From the NCBI GenBank assembly GCA_007376385.1, contig VMGC01000002.1, positions 1-64,000 on the forward strand: a stretch of DNA of 64,000 nt, written 5' to 3'. Positions 9,735 through 18,712 of this stretch are shown one piece after another (the first letter of the stretch is position 1; the number at the start of each line of letters is the position of its first letter). The notes under the pieces were generated by a model. It was not told the DNA's origin. It searched no databases and worked only from the letters and a program-made list of their open reading frames with translations. Source of the DNA: Parcubacteria group bacterium Gr01-1014_8. Its GTDB lineage: Bacteria > Patescibacteriota > Minisyncoccia > Phycocordibacterales > UBA2100. Both the position numbers and the translations under genes were made by a program.

Positions 9735-10021
9735 TATAACCCCGTGAGATAGTTACGCACTATTTTTAATGCGCGTCTTTATATATCGTTTGCCCCAAGC
9801 AGTTTTAAGATATTTTTCTCGAATGTGCGCGTCCTTAATCGAGGTGGATGCCTCGTAGTAAACAAGTTGCCACGGACCCCTATTTTTTGTTGAGAATACT
9901 TTGTTGCTGTTATGAAGATTGAATCTTCGGCGTAAATTATTCGTAGAGCCCACATAAAACTGCTTGGGGCCACGAATTACATACACATAGTACATGTACC
10001 TAATTATCTCACGGGGTATAA
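9735..10021 (-). mobile_element. TIR-bounded mini-element carrying only a GIY-YIG nuclease gene (TIR CCCCGTGAGATA / TATCTCACGGGG; 5-bp TSD TATAA)
   Basis: The left TIR core is at 9740..9751 and the right TIR core at 10005..10016. TATAA flanks both sides (9735..9739 and 10017..10021). The paralogous empty site at 7181..7210 contains a single TATAA. Confidence 0.6.
9753..9995 (-). CDS. GIY-YIG nuclease family protein (stand-alone URI domain, approx. 80 aa)
   Basis: MYYVYVIRGPKQFYVGSTNNLRRRFNLHN... shows the GIY-YIG signature (YVY..FYVG/YIG, R, H/N). It occupies almost the whole interior of the TIR element. The stop codon abuts the left TIR. Confidence 0.85.
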   Translation of the reverse strand: MYYVYVIRGPKQFYVGSTNNLRRRFNLHNSNKVFSTKNRGPWQLVYYEASTSIKDAHIREKYLKTAWGKRYIKTRIKNSA

Positions 10022-10030
10022 TGATGAGTA

Positions 10031-13000
10031 ATGCGAAACGCGCATGTCGCAGGTGTTTTGTTTGTAATTCTTGCAGCTACTATCTGCAGTGCTGCATTCA
10101 TAGCTCTCGGTTCATCATTTGTGCCTACTGCATCTGCACAAAGTGGACAGGGTAATTGCAAGACGCAATACGATGCGTGTATAAAGGCCGCGAATTCCGC
10201 TGCTGCGAAAGCACAGACCTCTGCGCAAGTACAACAGGCTGCGAAGGATAAAGCATCATGCATGCCGAAGTGGCGCACGTGCATGAACAAATGTAAGCAG
10301 CTTACGAAAGGTGCAGACGGTGCTTCGAGCTGTTCGACGGATAGTGAATGCAAAGGAAAACGCTGCAAGGATACCTATAACGATCTAACGAAAGAGAGAA
10401 AGTGTTGCGTAAATCTTTATGACCTCGGAAAAGAATCGCAAAATTCGTGCCCGAATGAAGTTACCTCTAGTGTAGGGCTGCGATGTTATGAAGATGCTGC
10501 GGCGCCTCATGACCCGACAAAAGGGGGAACGCCTGGGGGCACGCCATCTACGCCAGGCGGACAGCCGGAACAACCTTCGGGAGGAATGCCGCAAATTCCG
10601 CAACCGTCGCCGGGAGAAGGCTCACCGCCGAAAGAGCAACCCAAAGAAGAACCGACGCCAGAGCCGAAAAAGGAACCGACATTGTTTGAGAAATTCGCTC
10701 AGTATCTTGGAGGAGATACACCGAAGACAGATGATGCAAAATCACCGCTCGATTATTTCTTCAAGAAAGATGAGGTTGAGCTTGGTTCAACACCCGCTGA
10801 TACTTTAGGAAAGGATTTCCCCGATGCATCGGACAAATGGTGGAATGATGCTGTTGGGCAAAGCACATTCGGTGCGCCCGAAAATTCAGTAGTAACCACA
10901 GACCAGAGTAATTGGGAGCAATTCAAAGAACATATAGCAAATGGAGATATTGTCGCAGCGGGTGGAGATGTCATTGATGGCGCAAAAAATGTGCTTGGTC
11001 TAGGCGATGAAGTGGCTGCAGAGATTCCAGGCGATACAAAAACACTGACTGATGAAACTCCTGACGTGCCAAAAGAGGGACAACAATATGCTGAAGCAAA
11101 ACCCGGTGCCGCCCCGGAAAAACCGACGTCAGATTTAAGTAAAGAGGAGCAAAAGGCAATCACGGAAAAATCCCTGAAAGATACTGAAGCGAAGATCGCC
11201 GCTACCAACAAGGATCTTCAGAATCCCAATCTTGACGAAGCATCAAAAGAAGCACTTCGGGAAAATCTGAAGGACCTTCAATCGCAGCAAGCGGATCTTA
11301 AAAAGGAAATAAACGATCTCGCTAATCCTCCTGAGGCGATACGGAACAAAGCCATCATGGGTGAAGGTGCGCTAAGTGAACACCAACTGCCGTATGACGC
11401 CGAACCAGGGGGGAGAAAAGTATACGTTGAAACAGATGGACCGAACGGAAAGCATATCGTCGAAGTGGACTCGAAAACGGCGGGGACCGATGCCAATGGG
11501 AAGCCTACGACCCTGGGCGATATCGCCCAAGCAAATGGCGCCGGAAATTCGCCGACAAATCCGCTGCCGATGGATGCAGTGCGGTCAGCGGTGGGTGGAG
11601 ATGAAGGACTGAAGGCAATGACAACTCCTACTATAGAGAAGACAGGCGAGGCTCTTACATACAACCGGCCAGTCGGTCCTAATGATCAGGCAACTCTTGA
11701 TGTTAAAGTCGAAAAAAGTCCGGTCAGCAATTTATATGAAGTCAATCAAGATCCGCTGAAAGTCGCTTCGGAAGGGTATCAAGAGGGAGAGGGCAAAGTG
11801 GTGAACGAGGGCAAATTCCTTTTTGGTGAGGGAGCAAAACCACCACCCGCAGGGGAGCCACCTACAGCGGCGTCTCCGCCACCGCCTGCGGAATCTGAAA
11901 AAAGTGACGCATCAGTCGCACGCTCCCCGAATACGCCCGAAGAATATGCAAAAGCCGCCGAAGAAGCGATCAAGCGATCGATGGTAAATCTGGGGAATGG
12001 TTTTGCAAATGTCGTCGATGCCGCAAGAGAAGGAATTAGTAATGCTGCTGTTGAAGTTCAAAAATGGGCGCACGAGGCGAAACAAGCGGCAGCAGATGCA
12101 TACAATTATGTTGCCGGCACAATAGAAGATATACGTCCCGCAGGAAATCCTACAGACGTACAAGCGCCCTCCCCCGGGCCGGTGGCGCAGCAGCCGAGTC
12201 CATCGCCGGGCGATAATCCAGGCGGAGGCACTGTTGTACCTGATACACAAGGAACCATTCCTATAAAAGCGCCCACTGGTCCCGGAGATCAAAATCCTCC
12301 GGTTAAGTCTGGGGACGGATCGACTGATGGAGGAAAAACGGAACCAACGATTACTCCCACGGATAAACCTGGCAAAGACATAGACGCGCCTGTTCCTGAT
12401 CCGCAAGGGAAAACAAAACAACCGACAACGCCGAGTCCGGAAGGAAAGGAGCAGACGGTACCACAGCCTGCGCCGCCAAGCTCTCCTCCAAATCGGGGTT
12501 GGTTTAAAAGAATCGCCGATGCGCTCCGTGGTTTTCCGATTCCCGGTCCCTCACCTTCGCCGACAAATATCTCACCGTCCGTATTTCAACCGCAGCCACA
12601 AGGTCAAGATCAAAAGCAGGCCCCGCAGCCAACGCCTTCAGAAAAGAAAGGTCAACCGGAACCGGATCCGAAAGGGACCGCAAAAAGTAATTTTGCTCCG
12701 AAAACAAAAAATAACCTCCAGGAGTTTTTGGCAGATGCGCTCAAAAAATTCGCAGATGGAATTGCGAAGCGAACAGGTCAAGATCCTGGAGAAACTCCAG
12801 GAGGACAAGGTCCGAGCAAGACCGCGAAAGATAACGATCCGAATAAACCCCTTGGGAACAGCTTGGAGAATCCGAAGCAAGTGAAAGATGGAATTCCTGC
12901 GAAGAGCAATACCGGCGAAGCTGGAACCGGCAAAGGTCAGGAGGGAAAGCAGCAACAGCAGAAGGGAGCAAAAGACCAGGAAGGGCAGAAAAAAGGAGAC

Positions 13001-16000
13001 GATGGGAAGCAGGGAGTGCCATCTGGCACGCCAAGCAATACACCTGCGCCCCCTGACTTACCGCGACCGAATATGGTCGCGAAATTACAGGTACCGACTC
13101 CTGTAGCTTCGAATGACCCAAAGGGAAAAACCATCGAGGCTCAAAGCAAAGAGAATGTCCAAACACAGCCTGGCGATAGCGGGCAAGGGCAGGGACAGCC
13201 CAAAGGTGGAGGCAAATCTCTGCTTGAGAAACCGAGTTCTGAAAAAGTCGAAAACGCAACGCCGAGCCCGAGTCCTACCAGAGGTTTCCTTGCGAAGCTT
13301 CCAAATCCGCTTGTATCAATTCCAGGAAAAATAGTAGGCGTGAGTGCGCCTGACGGCGATGCAGTGCCAAGTCCGGCAGGCGATGTGATGCGAACGTCGG
13401 ATGGGCGGCTCAAAACACCGAGTATTTCTGGACGTTCATTGGAAGGACAGCCTGTCAAAGCCGTTGGAGATGCGAAGAAACTACTGCCGACTCTCATCTC
13501 GACGAGAGCTGAAGATGTGCGAGATTTTGTGAGAGGAAGCGGGGTCAGAACTCGGTTCGGTATCAAAGATTGTGCGGCAGCCCCTACTGGCTGGGTTTGT
13601 CAGAACTTAGGAGACATAGCGCAAAGGCAAGGATGTTCGCCTGGGGACCATTCGTGTTGGCAATCTGACGTTGCTGATGCGGAGGCATATTGGGCAAAGC
13701 TTCTCATGCAGCCAAATTACACGCGATGTCAGCCACTGACCGTGCAATGCATTATTAGCGGTCCTGATGGGAGAGGCAATTGGGTCGCCGATGATTCTGC
13801 ATGGAGACGTGCGCAAGGATTAGGCGGTACAGGCTCTAACGCTGACCATGTTGGCAGAGTCATCAGATTCATGGCCGAGAAAGGAGTAAATGTCCAGGGG
13901 AACACGCCTCTCGATCTGAATGATGCGAATGTGAGAAGGGCGTTGGCTTACGGTCAATCAAGAGCCGAACTTAGGGCAGGCGAGAGCGCATATGACGATA
14001 GCGTGATTGATACGGGTTATGAACGCGCTGTTGCGCGCGCTGGCGGAGCACCCCCGCCGCCAATTGTGCCGTCCACACCACCTGCGGCGATTCCGGTGCA
14101 ATCAACGCACGCGCAAGCTTTGCAAAAATATCAAGATGCATTGGCCTGCAAGGGCAATGAGTGTAGACAGCAGAAGATAGATGTTCGAAATCCCCAAGGT
14201 GTGTCGCCAGAGCTGGCGGAGCAAATAAAGCAGCGACATAGCACCGCTCCACAAAAACCTGGGTATGGTACGGAAGTGAACAAGGCGACTGTCATAGCCG
14301 ACCTTGCTGCGTGCGAGGCGATGGGGGGCGGCTGTGGCAGATTATCTTCGTCGGCCCGTTCGCCAGGACAGACGAGGCATGGTCCGGGAGATGCGATTGA
14401 CGTCACGTTCACCGACCCACAAACGCAAGGCACATATGCAGCGCTTTTCATGAACGGCGCCCATGCACTCGGGGCAACTCCTGGCATGGGTTTCAATACA
14501 GAATGCAGCACGGGTTGCATCGTACATGCAGACACGGTAGGCGCGAGTGCCGGACCTGGGGCAGCGAACGCGTGGGCCTATGGTCCTAACTGCGGAAGCG
14601 GAAGCAGCGACTGCATAAAAAATATAGTCGACCCACGGGTTCGTTCAATTGCGAATCTCGCGTATGCGGGGCAGCCGGTTCCTAATAACCTTGTTCCAGA
14701 ATCTATTACACCAGGGACTACGGTTCCAGGGGGGACACCCGCGAGTCAGGTTGTCCGTGGCCCACATGTTCCCGGTTCCGAGCCGGGCATTGTTCCGGGA
14801 AAGGAAGAAGCCAGCAGGTCGCCGGAGGAACAAAAGAAATTAGACGACGATGCGGCACGTGAAAAGCCAAGCCCCTCGGCCACAAAGTCTCCGCCTGGTC
14901 TCACTGGTGACGTTGCAAAAGACGCTGTAAATAAATTCTCACACGATCTTGGGCAAAGGGGATTTGTCTTTGGAAAGGACAGTAAGCTCCTCACGCCACA
15001 GGAAGCAGCAGAGCTATTCAAGAAAGGAGAAAAGCCGGATATCTATCTACCTCGCGACAAAGGTCCGAATCCATTTGCGAGCCCGGAGCAAAAAGCACAA
15101 TTTACGAAAGCTCCAAACGGGCAACATTATGAAAAATTCGAAGGGACTTTTGATGAGTATCGTCAGCGTCTGACGCAAGAATTAACAGCAGCCATTGAAA
15201 ATGCGATGCGTGACCAGCAGCTCAATTCGAAACCGGAGACGGAGAAACTTCGGGATGGAGGAAAACTTGTAACGAAGGGTGAGGGCCAGATACGCAATGT
15301 GTTTCGAGAAAAAGACGGAAAACTAAGTGACAAGCCTGTCGGTCAGGTGCGCGAGATAAGCAAAGAATTTGCGCAACTTCGAAAGGCAGTAGAACTGCAA
15401 GGCGACAAAGTGAAAGTGAAAGAAAAAAATGGACAGTTCAAAACAGAAGATGGAAGACGCGTCGAATTGCGTCCTGATACCGGCAAGGATGCGCCGCCGC
15501 CGTGCACTGATTTTACAAAATGTCATACGGGCGGAAAGATAGAGAATGGAAGATTTGTCGGAGCAGATGGTTCTAACATCGTGAATATACCGGGTGTTGG
15601 ACGCGTAAGATTTGAGCACAATCCATTCAGCCCGAATGCAGGAACGCAACGCGGAAATATGAGTGCGCTCGTCATCCATGAATTCAGAAACCCAGGCGGC
15701 GCAAGGAATGTTGATAGTACGGTGAGATGCCATCAGAACGGTTGCCGAGGAGGAGGCGTATATACGCAAGCGTATGTAAGCCAGCCCTATATTGCAGAGG
15801 ATGGAATGAAGGAAATACGCGTAGTTCAGCTCGGTTCGGCGTACGAGCGCAGTGGCCACGCGGGCTCGACACCGCTTGGCAGCCAGCCGGGACCCGGAAT
15901 AGAGAATGCGTGTCACGGAAGAGGAGATTGCAGTGATCCTCTGCAGATTGCGGCGAACGCTATTATGTATGACGCCTATCGTCAGCAATATCCGAATATG

Positions 16001-17200
16001 GCCGTGACGCATCACCAAGGGGATGAAGGTTTGCCTATTGCGCGTGCACTGTACGCACGCGTACAGGGCGGTTTGCAGGGTTCACTATCAGATGAGCCAG
16101 TCGCACTTTTCGCAGTATCGGAAAATGGAGATGCCGAGAAACTGGGCACCAGCATGAAGCCATCTGAACTTCCAGCGGCCGGCGGTACCGAATTCGAAAG
16201 TGTAGGGGACAATGGAAACCCAAATGGAGATGTCCGTATCGAACTTGATCCCATCAAGATAGGCACAGCAGACGTTCAGCCGACAATAGAAGGCGACAAA
16301 CTCGGTTTTGTCCCGACCTATACGCCGCCACCTCCTCCGCCCGCTCCACCGCCTCCTCCATCTTTTAGACAGAGAATGGCAGAAGCAGCGCGACGCCAAT
16401 TGGACAATTTGTCGAACGCGATGAAAAAAATGATGCAGCCGCCTAGCGGGGGCGGTGGAGGACAGCCGCAACCTCAACCGCAGCCACCTGTGCCACCTCC
16501 GCCTCCAATTCCACCAACATCGACAACGGGCGAGCCGAAAATAACCTGTACACCGACCGCTGCGATCGCGGATCAAAAAGTGAGAATTAAATGGTCGTGC
16601 CCTCCAACCCAGCTAGCAGTCGGCGTCGGCTTCGAGACCAAAGGTTTGGCGAATAGCGAAGTAGAAGTGCGCGTATCGAATGATAAGACACTATCGGAAG
16701 CGAAATATTCACTTCGCTGCGGAACGCTTCCGGAGCGTTCATGCACGGTGAAGATAGTCCGCCCGGCTATACTTATGATCGCCCAGCCTGGCGAAGTAGG
16801 ATCTGGGAAGACAACGAATCTAGCATGGGCGGCGACTCAAGTCCGAGTCTGCAAGATATACGACCCCGCATGCAAGGTTGTAGGTTCCGGTAATTCGGGT
16901 GGCAGAATAAAAACGAAAGCTCTGACTCGTTCAAGTACTTTCATGCTCGGCTGTGAGACAATTACAGGCGCAATGACCACGTCATCTGTTGTCGTAAAAG
17001 TGAAAGGAGATACGAAGGAACCACTTCCTGCGTGTCCGGCGGAAAGCATCCAACATGATGTTGTATTTACGACGAGCAGCTTGAACACTAAAAGTACTCC
17101 AACAGCCTACCCAGTACCATCTTCCAGCGGGTCCACAGAGCTGTGCAGTCCAAATCTTGATTTCGATTCTTTTATCAGATGTGTGATGGGTAAGAAGTAA
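10031..17200 (+). CDS. giant (2389 aa) secreted Cys-rich/Pro-rich surface protein (paralog family A) with two C-terminal beta-sandwich-like repeats
   Basis: It has a signal peptide. The N-terminal Cys-rich module is homologous to that of the 7198 gene. It contains long low-complexity P/G/Q/K-rich regions. A mid-region motif SPGQTRHGPGDAIDV resembles the HxxGxAxD zinc motif of peptidase M15/LAS enzymes (low confidence). The C-terminal domains show the VxxGxxxxxxW..C pattern. Confidence 0.85.
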   Translation: MRNAHVAGVLFVILAATICSAAFIALGSSFVPTASAQSGQGNCKTQYDACIKAANSAAAKAQTSAQVQQAAKDKASCMPKWRTCMNKCKQLTKGADGASSCSTDSECKGKRCKDTYNDLTKERKCCVNLYDLGKESQNSCPNEVTSSVGLRCYEDAAAPHDPTKGGTPGGTPSTPGGQPEQPSGGMPQIPQPSPGEGSPPKEQPKEEPTPEPKKEPTLFEKFAQYLGGDTPKTDDAKSPLDYFFKKDEVELGSTPADTLGKDFPDASDKWWNDAVGQSTFGAPENSVVTTDQSNWEQFKEHIANGDIVAAGGDVIDGAKNVLGLGDEVAAEIPGDTKTLTDETPDVPKEGQQYAEAKPGAAPEKPTSDLSKEEQKAITEKSLKDTEAKIAATNKDLQNPNLDEASKEALRENLKDLQSQQADLKKEINDLANPPEAIRNKAIMGEGALSEHQLPYDAEPGGRKVYVETDGPNGKHIVEVDSKTAGTDANGKPTTLGDIAQANGAGNSPTNPLPMDAVRSAVGGDEGLKAMTTPTIEKTGEALTYNRPVGPNDQATLDVKVEKSPVSNLYEVNQDPLKVASEGYQEGEGKVVNEGKFLFGEGAKPPPAGEPPTAASPPPPAESEKSDASVARSPNTPEEYAKAAEEAIKRSMVNLGNGFANVVDAAREGISNAAVEVQKWAHEAKQAAADAYNYVAGTIEDIRPAGNPTDVQAPSPGPVAQQPSPSPGDNPGGGTVVPDTQGTIPIKAPTGPGDQNPPVKSGDGSTDGGKTEPTITPTDKPGKDIDAPVPDPQGKTKQPTTPSPEGKEQTVPQPAPPSSPPNRGWFKRIADALRGFPIPGPSPSPTNISPSVFQPQPQGQDQKQAPQPTPSEKKGQPEPDPKGTAKSNFAPKTKNNLQEFLADALKKFADGIAKRTGQDPGETPGGQGPSKTAKDNDPNKPLGNSLENPKQVKDGIPAKSNTGEAGTGKGQEGKQQQQKGAKDQEGQKKGDDGKQGVPSGTPSNTPAPPDLPRPNMVAKLQVPTPVASNDPKGKTIEAQSKENVQTQPGDSGQGQGQPKGGGKSLLEKPSSEKVENATPSPSPTRGFLAKLPNPLVSIPGKIVGVSAPDGDAVPSPAGDVMRTSDGRLKTPSISGRSLEGQPVKAVGDAKKLLPTLISTRAEDVRDFVRGSGVRTRFGIKDCAAAPTGWVCQNLGDIAQRQGCSPGDHSCWQSDVADAEAYWAKLLMQPNYTRCQPLTVQCIISGPDGRGNWVADDSAWRRAQGLGGTGSNADHVGRVIRFMAEKGVNVQGNTPLDLNDANVRRALAYGQSRAELRAGESAYDDSVIDTGYERAVARAGGAPPPPIVPSTPPAAIPVQSTHAQALQKYQDALACKGNECRQQKIDVRNPQGVSPELAEQIKQRHSTAPQKPGYGTEVNKATVIADLAACEAMGGGCGRLSSSARSPGQTRHGPGDAIDVTFTDPQTQGTYAALFMNGAHALGATPGMGFNTECSTGCIVHADTVGASAGPGAANAWAYGPNCGSGSSDCIKNIVDPRVRSIANLAYAGQPVPNNLVPESITPGTTVPGGTPASQVVRGPHVPGSEPGIVPGKEEASRSPEEQKKLDDDAAREKPSPSATKSPPGLTGDVAKDAVNKFSHDLGQRGFVFGKDSKLLTPQEAAELFKKGEKPDIYLPRDKGPNPFASPEQKAQFTKAPNGQHYEKFEGTFDEYRQRLTQELTAAIENAMRDQQLNSKPETEKLRDGGKLVTKGEGQIRNVFREKDGKLSDKPVGQVREISKEFAQLRKAVELQGDKVKVKEKNGQFKTEDGRRVELRPDTGKDAPPPCTDFTKCHTGGKIENGRFVGADGSNIVNIPGVGRVRFEHNPFSPNAGTQRGNMSALVIHEFRNPGGARNVDSTVRCHQNGCRGGGVYTQAYVSQPYIAEDGMKEIRVVQLGSAYERSGHAGSTPLGSQPGPGIENACHGRGDCSDPLQIAANAIMYDAYRQQYPNMAVTHHQGDEGLPIARALYARVQGGLQGSLSDEPVALFAVSENGDAEKLGTSMKPSELPAAGGTEFESVGDNGNPNGDVRIELDPIKIGTADVQPTIEGDKLGFVPTYTPPPPPPAPPPPPSFRQRMAEAARRQLDNLSNAMKKMMQPPSGGGGGQPQPQPQPPVPPPPPIPPTSTTGEPKITCTPTAAIADQKVRIKWSCPPTQLAVGVGFETKGLANSEVEVRVSNDKTLSEAKYSLRCGTLPERSCTVKIVRPAILMIAQPGEVGSGKTTNLAWAATQVRVCKIYDPACKVVGSGNSGGRIKTKALTRSSTFMLGCETITGAMTTSSVVVKVKGDTKEPLPACPAESIQHDVVFTTSSLNTKSTPTAYPVPSSSGSTELCSPNLDFDSFIRCVMGKK

Positions 17201-17210
17201 TATCAGATGT

Positions 17211-17720
17211 ATGTTACGAGATTTCTTCAGAGGATTGGCCAAACGAGGACTTATACCTGTAAGCGTATTTTTGGTGCTAGCAGCATTTTCAGTGTGGGTT
17301 GGGACCGCACCACGATACGACGAGGAAGAATATCCTTCGTATCAGCAAGACCCGGGAGAGCTCAATATTTTCAACATTCTTGAAGGGGGCACCGTGCCGC
17401 AAACATTCGGCATCATTGGCGTTGCAAACGGTCAGTGGTTCTTTGATGGCTCTATGCCGGTAGAAGTTGTGACACCTGATGGAAACGTTATCTGGACAGG
17501 TCTTGCAGAAGCAACTGCAGGTGACTACATGAAAGACATCGAAATCCCATTTATTGCCAATGTTGACGTTGGAAACTACGTAGGACCCGTGGAAATAAGC
17601 ATTCGGCGCGCCTATCAAGGTGATGACCCTGCGTACGATAAAGAGTTTCGTATGCAGATAATTATCGAAGTTGATACCACGTCAGACCAACAAGACGCGC
17701 CGATGGAAGACTTGAATTGA
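17211..17720 (+). CDS. hypothetical secreted protein, possibly Gmad2/GerMN-like Ig domain
   Basis: 169-aa ORF with an N-terminal TM/signal segment. The pattern GQWFFDGSMPVEVVTPDGNVIWTG...GDYM is reminiscent of Gmad2-type domains. Confidence 0.55.
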   Translation: MLRDFFRGLAKRGLIPVSVFLVLAAFSVWVGTAPRYDEEEYPSYQQDPGELNIFNILEGGTVPQTFGIIGVANGQWFFDGSMPVEVVTPDGNVIWTGLAEATAGDYMKDIEIPFIANVDVGNYVGPVEISIRRAYQGDDPAYDKEFRMQIIIEVDTTSDQQDAPMEDLN

Positions 17721-17747
17721 ACCAGTCGAAGCGTATACTCTCCACAT

Positions 17748-18308
17748 ATGACACTTATCATCACACTTGGCGCAGCTGCGGTTTTGGTTCTTTGGGTTAT
17801 TTATGCATATAACCGACTTATTCAACTTACTAATCGCGGCGAGGAAGCGTGGTCGGATATCGACGTTCAATTGAAGCGCCGTTACGACCTCATTCCGAAC
17901 CTTGTGGAAGCAGTGAAAGGTTACATGACGCACGAAGCAGGAACTTTGCAGAAAGTGACCGAAGCCCGCACGAAAGCAATGGGCGCGCAGTCGGTTGGTG
18001 ACCACGCGGAAGCGGAAAATATGTTGACTGGCGCATTGAAGTCTTTGTTCGCAGTTGCGGAGAGTTACCCGGACTTGAAGGCGAATACGAACTTTGTTGA
18101 ATTACAACGAGAGCTGTCGGATACAGAAAATAAAATTCAAGCGGCTCGCAGGTTCTACAATTCTGTCGTGCAAGACCTTCAGAACGCACTTGAGTCATTC
18201 CCATCGAATATCATAGCCTCTTCATTTGGTTTCAAGACACGAGAATTCTTCACATTGTCGGAATCAGAGGCGGCTGCAGCAAAAGAGCCTGTGAAAGTTA
18301 GTTTTTAG
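17748..18308 (+). CDS. lemA: LemA family protein
   Basis: 186-aa ORF with an N-terminal TM segment and a conserved LemA core (YNRLIQLTN...RRYDLIPNLVE...RRFYN). Confidence 0.85.
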   Translation: MTLIITLGAAAVLVLWVIYAYNRLIQLTNRGEEAWSDIDVQLKRRYDLIPNLVEAVKGYMTHEAGTLQKVTEARTKAMGAQSVGDHAEAENMLTGALKSLFAVAESYPDLKANTNFVELQRELSDTENKIQAARRFYNSVVQDLQNALESFPSNIIASSFGFKTREFFTLSESEAAAAKEPVKVSF

Positions 18309-18331
18309 CCACTAGGGTATAGCCACTAGGG
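18309..18331 (+). repeat. left imperfect inverted repeat (tandem GCCACTAGGG units) flanking four-helix-bundle gene
   Basis: ccactagggtatagccactaggg is reverse-complement-related to 18713..18738 (ccctataccctaatggctaatggcta). Confidence 0.45.
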
Positions 18332-18334
18332 CGG

Positions 18335-18694
18335 ATGCAAACGTACAAAGATTTAATTGTTTGGCAACGGGGTGTCCAACTCGTGACTTCGGTGTACCAG
18401 TTGACAGAGAAATTACCCAAATCGGAAATATTTGGATTGACAAGCCAAATGCGACGATCAGCAGTTTCAATTCCCGCAAATATTGCCGAGGGGTATGCGC
18501 GCAAACATCGTGCGGAATATATCCAGTTCTTGAGAATTGCATATGGTTCGGGAGCGGAACTCGAGACACTCATGATAATCATTCAAAATTTAAGATATGC
18601 AAAAGGATCTGATATCAGAGAAGTCTCGGATTTACTAGATGAGACGATGCGCATGTTAAACAAGTTTATTTCATCGCTTACTCAAAAAACTTAA
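18335..18694 (+). CDS. four-helix-bundle protein (TIGR02436 / 23S rRNA intervening-sequence protein family)
   Basis: 119-aa ORF showing the family hallmarks (KDLIVWQ..., SIPANIAEGY.R....FL.IA.GS..E). Confidence 0.8.
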   Translation: MQTYKDLIVWQRGVQLVTSVYQLTEKLPKSEIFGLTSQMRRSAVSIPANIAEGYARKHRAEYIQFLRIAYGSGAELETLMIIIQNLRYAKGSDIREVSDLLDETMRMLNKFISSLTQKT

Positions 18695-18712
18695 TTTGCA
18701 TTTAACGCTAAA

